The notes under the pieces are model-generated. The model ran no database searches, was not told the origin of the DNA, and saw only the letters and a program-made list of their open reading frames with translations. From NCBI GenBank assembly GCA_002633005.1, contig NMRA01000087.1, positions 501,393 to 565,392 on the forward strand: 64,000 nt of DNA, in the 5' to 3' direction. This stretch comes from Phoronis australis (lineage: Eukaryota > Animalia > Phoronida). This document shows positions 61,703 through 64,000 of this stretch, piece after piece. Position 1 is the first letter of the stretch. Every line of letters begins with the position of its first letter. Both the position numbers and the translations under genes were made by a program.

Positions 61703-62042
61703 AAATCTCTTGTCTTTTGTTGAATCTGTGTTTGTTTTCCTTAATATCGGTGATGACTAAGTAGCTGATTGTATAGGGTTCTCTGTTGAGTCATGATTGT
61801 GAATAGTTCAATCTCTGTTTTGCGTTTCAATCACCGGCTTAGAAAGGTTGTAGAGTTGCCATTCCGTAAATTGGTTGTTGTTCCTTGATAAATATATCGT
61901 ATAGCTACATCTGAGAGCTGTCTGAGAGGCCGTTTGGTATGTTTGTTTTTTTTATTTCTTTCGGGATCCCGAGGAAATTCATTAGCTTTTTTAATGATTT
62001 GTAGATGAAGCCTCTACTGCCGACTTCAATAGGGAACAGGTC

Positions 62043-62264
62043 CAAGATTAGACTTAAAAGTCTAAGATTTGTCTTAACTTCCAAACTCAGAAACTTCCAC
62101 ATCCGTCAAGATAGTCAAAATTAAGACAAAACTTATATAGAAAACATAAGTCAAACTTCAGCTCTCTTTCTTGAAACGGTCTTGAGACAAATGTAAGTTT
62201 TATTTTGAAATTTACTAAAATTTAAGATTTGTCCTAGCTAAGTCAGTTTTGCTGGAACCGGCCC
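62043..62264. mobile_element. PIF/Harbinger-like MITE fragment inserted into the RLE coding sequence
   Basis: Terminus gggccggttccagcaaaactgacttag and internal taagatttgtc repeats; splits codons ...WQT|DLFP... Confidence 0.6.
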
Positions 62265-62659
62265 CTGTTTGCCATCCTGCATTTTTACATTCTTCGACGA
62301 GATTTGTGTATTTCGTTTTTTGTCGCAGGTGTGCCGATTCCATATTGTTTTCTGCTGGTATTGTAAGTTCTATTGTACATTTGTGCGAACTCAAGATAAA
62401 TGTCCAGTTTTCTATGTTTGAAAAATCTGTCTAATCCTAGGTTGCTCGTGATGACCCCAGCATTAGGCCTAAGGACGAAATTTCGAGTCTGAACTCAAAA
62501 TTTCGAGTTTTTACTTGAAATTTCGAGGTATTACTCGAGCATGTTCCTATTTAGGGGTCATCTAATGCGAATTTGGACTAGTTACTCATATAATATAAAC
62601 CATAACGCACTTAAGCACAGAATAGACACGTATCAGTCTTGAGTTCCCACAGAAGTAGT

Positions 62660-62765
62660 GTGCGTGGCCAAATCCTTACATCTTACATTCTTGGCATTAT
62701 GAGTACACGTTTCTACAAAGTTTAAAATACTAAAATCAAATACGTACGTATACATAAACTTTGTA
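62660..62765 (-). repeat. Inverted fragment of the BEL/Pao LTR
   Basis: Reverse complement of tttgtagaaacgtgtactca..atgccaagaat motif at 53710/56085. Confidence 0.7.
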
Positions 62766-63099
62766 AAACTGTCAGTCTGTATAGTGTTTAAAACTCAGCA
62801 GACTACGTCAATAAAAGTTTTATCGAAACAGAGTAATTTTTTTTAATTTGAGAGGACTGTGTACTATGCAAAACCAGGCTATATTACCGTTATTCAGAGT
62901 GGTTCTCTGCCACTGAAACAGAAGTCAGCCTTTTGTGGAATATTCGTAGTGAAGATTTTCAATTTCTTTTAGTTTCAAATTTCAGAAAAGGTCTGTCAAC
63001 TACTCTTTCCTTCGTCGATTTTCCCCCACAGGGGAAAACACGCCTTCTTATTTGGTATGGCGAGACACAGAATTCTATGGATTAAGAAGTGCAACCTTT

Positions 63100-63825
63100 G
63101 CAGCCTGCAGAGGTCTTAAGAATAGACAAGACAATATCTTTTTACCAAATATTCCAAGTTATATTCATAAAATTTTGCATAATAAATCACTTCAGACAGC
63201 TTTTAAATATAAAAACAAGTGGTCATCTGAGATAGATATAAACGGTGTTATAAACAATGTAAATTTAGTGAGTCTGATACATGGTGGAGAAAAGTAAATA
63301 AACTCCCCTTCAATTGTACCAAAGATACAAAATTGCGTTGTTTTCAATACCATTTAATTCACAGAATATTGCCAACCAATAATTATTTGCATAAAATTAA
63401 AATGAAAACAAGTGATTTTTGCTCTTTCTGTGGTGAACACAGTGAAACTTTTCTCCATCTGTTTTGGGAATGTTGTCTTGTCTCCGGTTTCTGGCTCCTG
63501 TTTGCTGAGTGGTTAAAACAAATATATCATGCAAATTGTCAGGTGGACAAACTAACAGTGTTTTTTTGATTTTTTGAGAAACATTCAGTCGGAAAATTGT
63601 AACATTAATCTGTTGATCATGCTAGAAAAATTACATATTTAGCTAAAAGTTTGTTAAAACAAATCTAAATTTCCAAATGTTCATAAACTTTATTAAATTA
63701 CATCCAGAAGAAAATGCGGTACTTGTTGACCAGTGGTTTATGTAATTCTTTGTAAATGATGTATATTGTGTTGTTTTATGTGACATGTAATTATCATGCT
63801 AGAGCAAAATAAAAATATGAAAAAG
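63100..63825 (+). mobile_element. L1/Tx1-type LINE 3' end (zf-RVT), decayed
   Basis: KLRCFQYHLIHRILPTNNYLHKI...CSFC...ETFLHLFWEC..V..FW; AATAAA and A-rich tail ~63808-63823. Confidence 0.85.
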
Positions 63826-64000
63826 ACATAGACGTAGCACATTTCCCTTATATGGAAAATGTGACCTATGACCTTAGATGTAAACGAAACAATGGCGACT
63901 TCAAGCAGCATCCAGTCCGATTAAAAGGCAACTGATGGAAGTCGTAGCTGTTTAGAAATAATTATAAAGATATGGCAGTAATCAAATATACTCCATAATG

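Larger units (their letters stand above)
60480..62430 (-). mobile_element. Decayed RLE-clade (HERO/NeSL-like) non-LTR retrotransposon 3' part: restriction-like endonuclease fused to USP/peptidase C19 domain, structured 3'UTR
   Basis: IELTIPAENNMESAHLRQKTKYTNLVEECKNAGWQT | DLFPIEVGSRGF..LGI..SQTALRCSYTIYLSRNN..W then same frame GLRNIGNKSFVNSTL, QQDANEF, CSNC, PPKYLCIHVLR, YKIIAVIEHHG..GGHY; AATAAA at 60489-60494. Confidence 0.8.

Noticed and set aside
62475-62540. Short spaced repeats (aaatttcgag) and 39-bp/47-bp tandem pairs at 28444-28521 and 36112-36208 as CRISPR-like arrays
   Set aside because: Eukaryotic context, 2-4 degenerate units, no unique spacers or cas genes; ordinary local duplications.

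Overview
Eukaryotic (invertebrate-animal-like, AT-rich, GT-AG introns) genomic DNA. The dominant feature is a 27-exon minus-strand polycystin-1 (PKD1/PKD1L2-like) receptor gene (47597->13126, ~2,855 codons reconstructed by hand with consistent splice phases): signal peptide - LamG-like - WSC-like - PKD repeats - shortened REJ - GAIN/GPS (HL|T) - TM1 - PLAT - TMs - TOP - channel domain. One TOP-domain exon is disrupted next to an N. Its 7.1-kb intron 12 hosts an intact antisense 3-exon gene for a secreted PAN/apple + Ser/Thr linker + jacalin-like protein (25642-28918). Downstream (4.3-10.4 kb) lies a collinear, heavily deleted tandem duplicate of the locus in which almost all PKD1 exons are gone but the jacalin paralog survives. 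48-64 kb is a transposon graveyard: RT-less BEL/Pao element, Penelope remnants (one, at 8.4 kb, with a variant hammerhead ribozyme), a 1.1-kb TIR element with 8-bp TSD whose longer sibling carries a PIF1 helicase fragment, a Tx1/L1-type 3' end, MITEs, and - the most unusual signal - a decayed RLE-clade (HERO/NeSL-like) non-LTR retrotransposon whose endonuclease runs in-frame into a complete USP (peptidase C19) deubiquitinase domain. All domain calls come from motif recognition by eye, not database searches.
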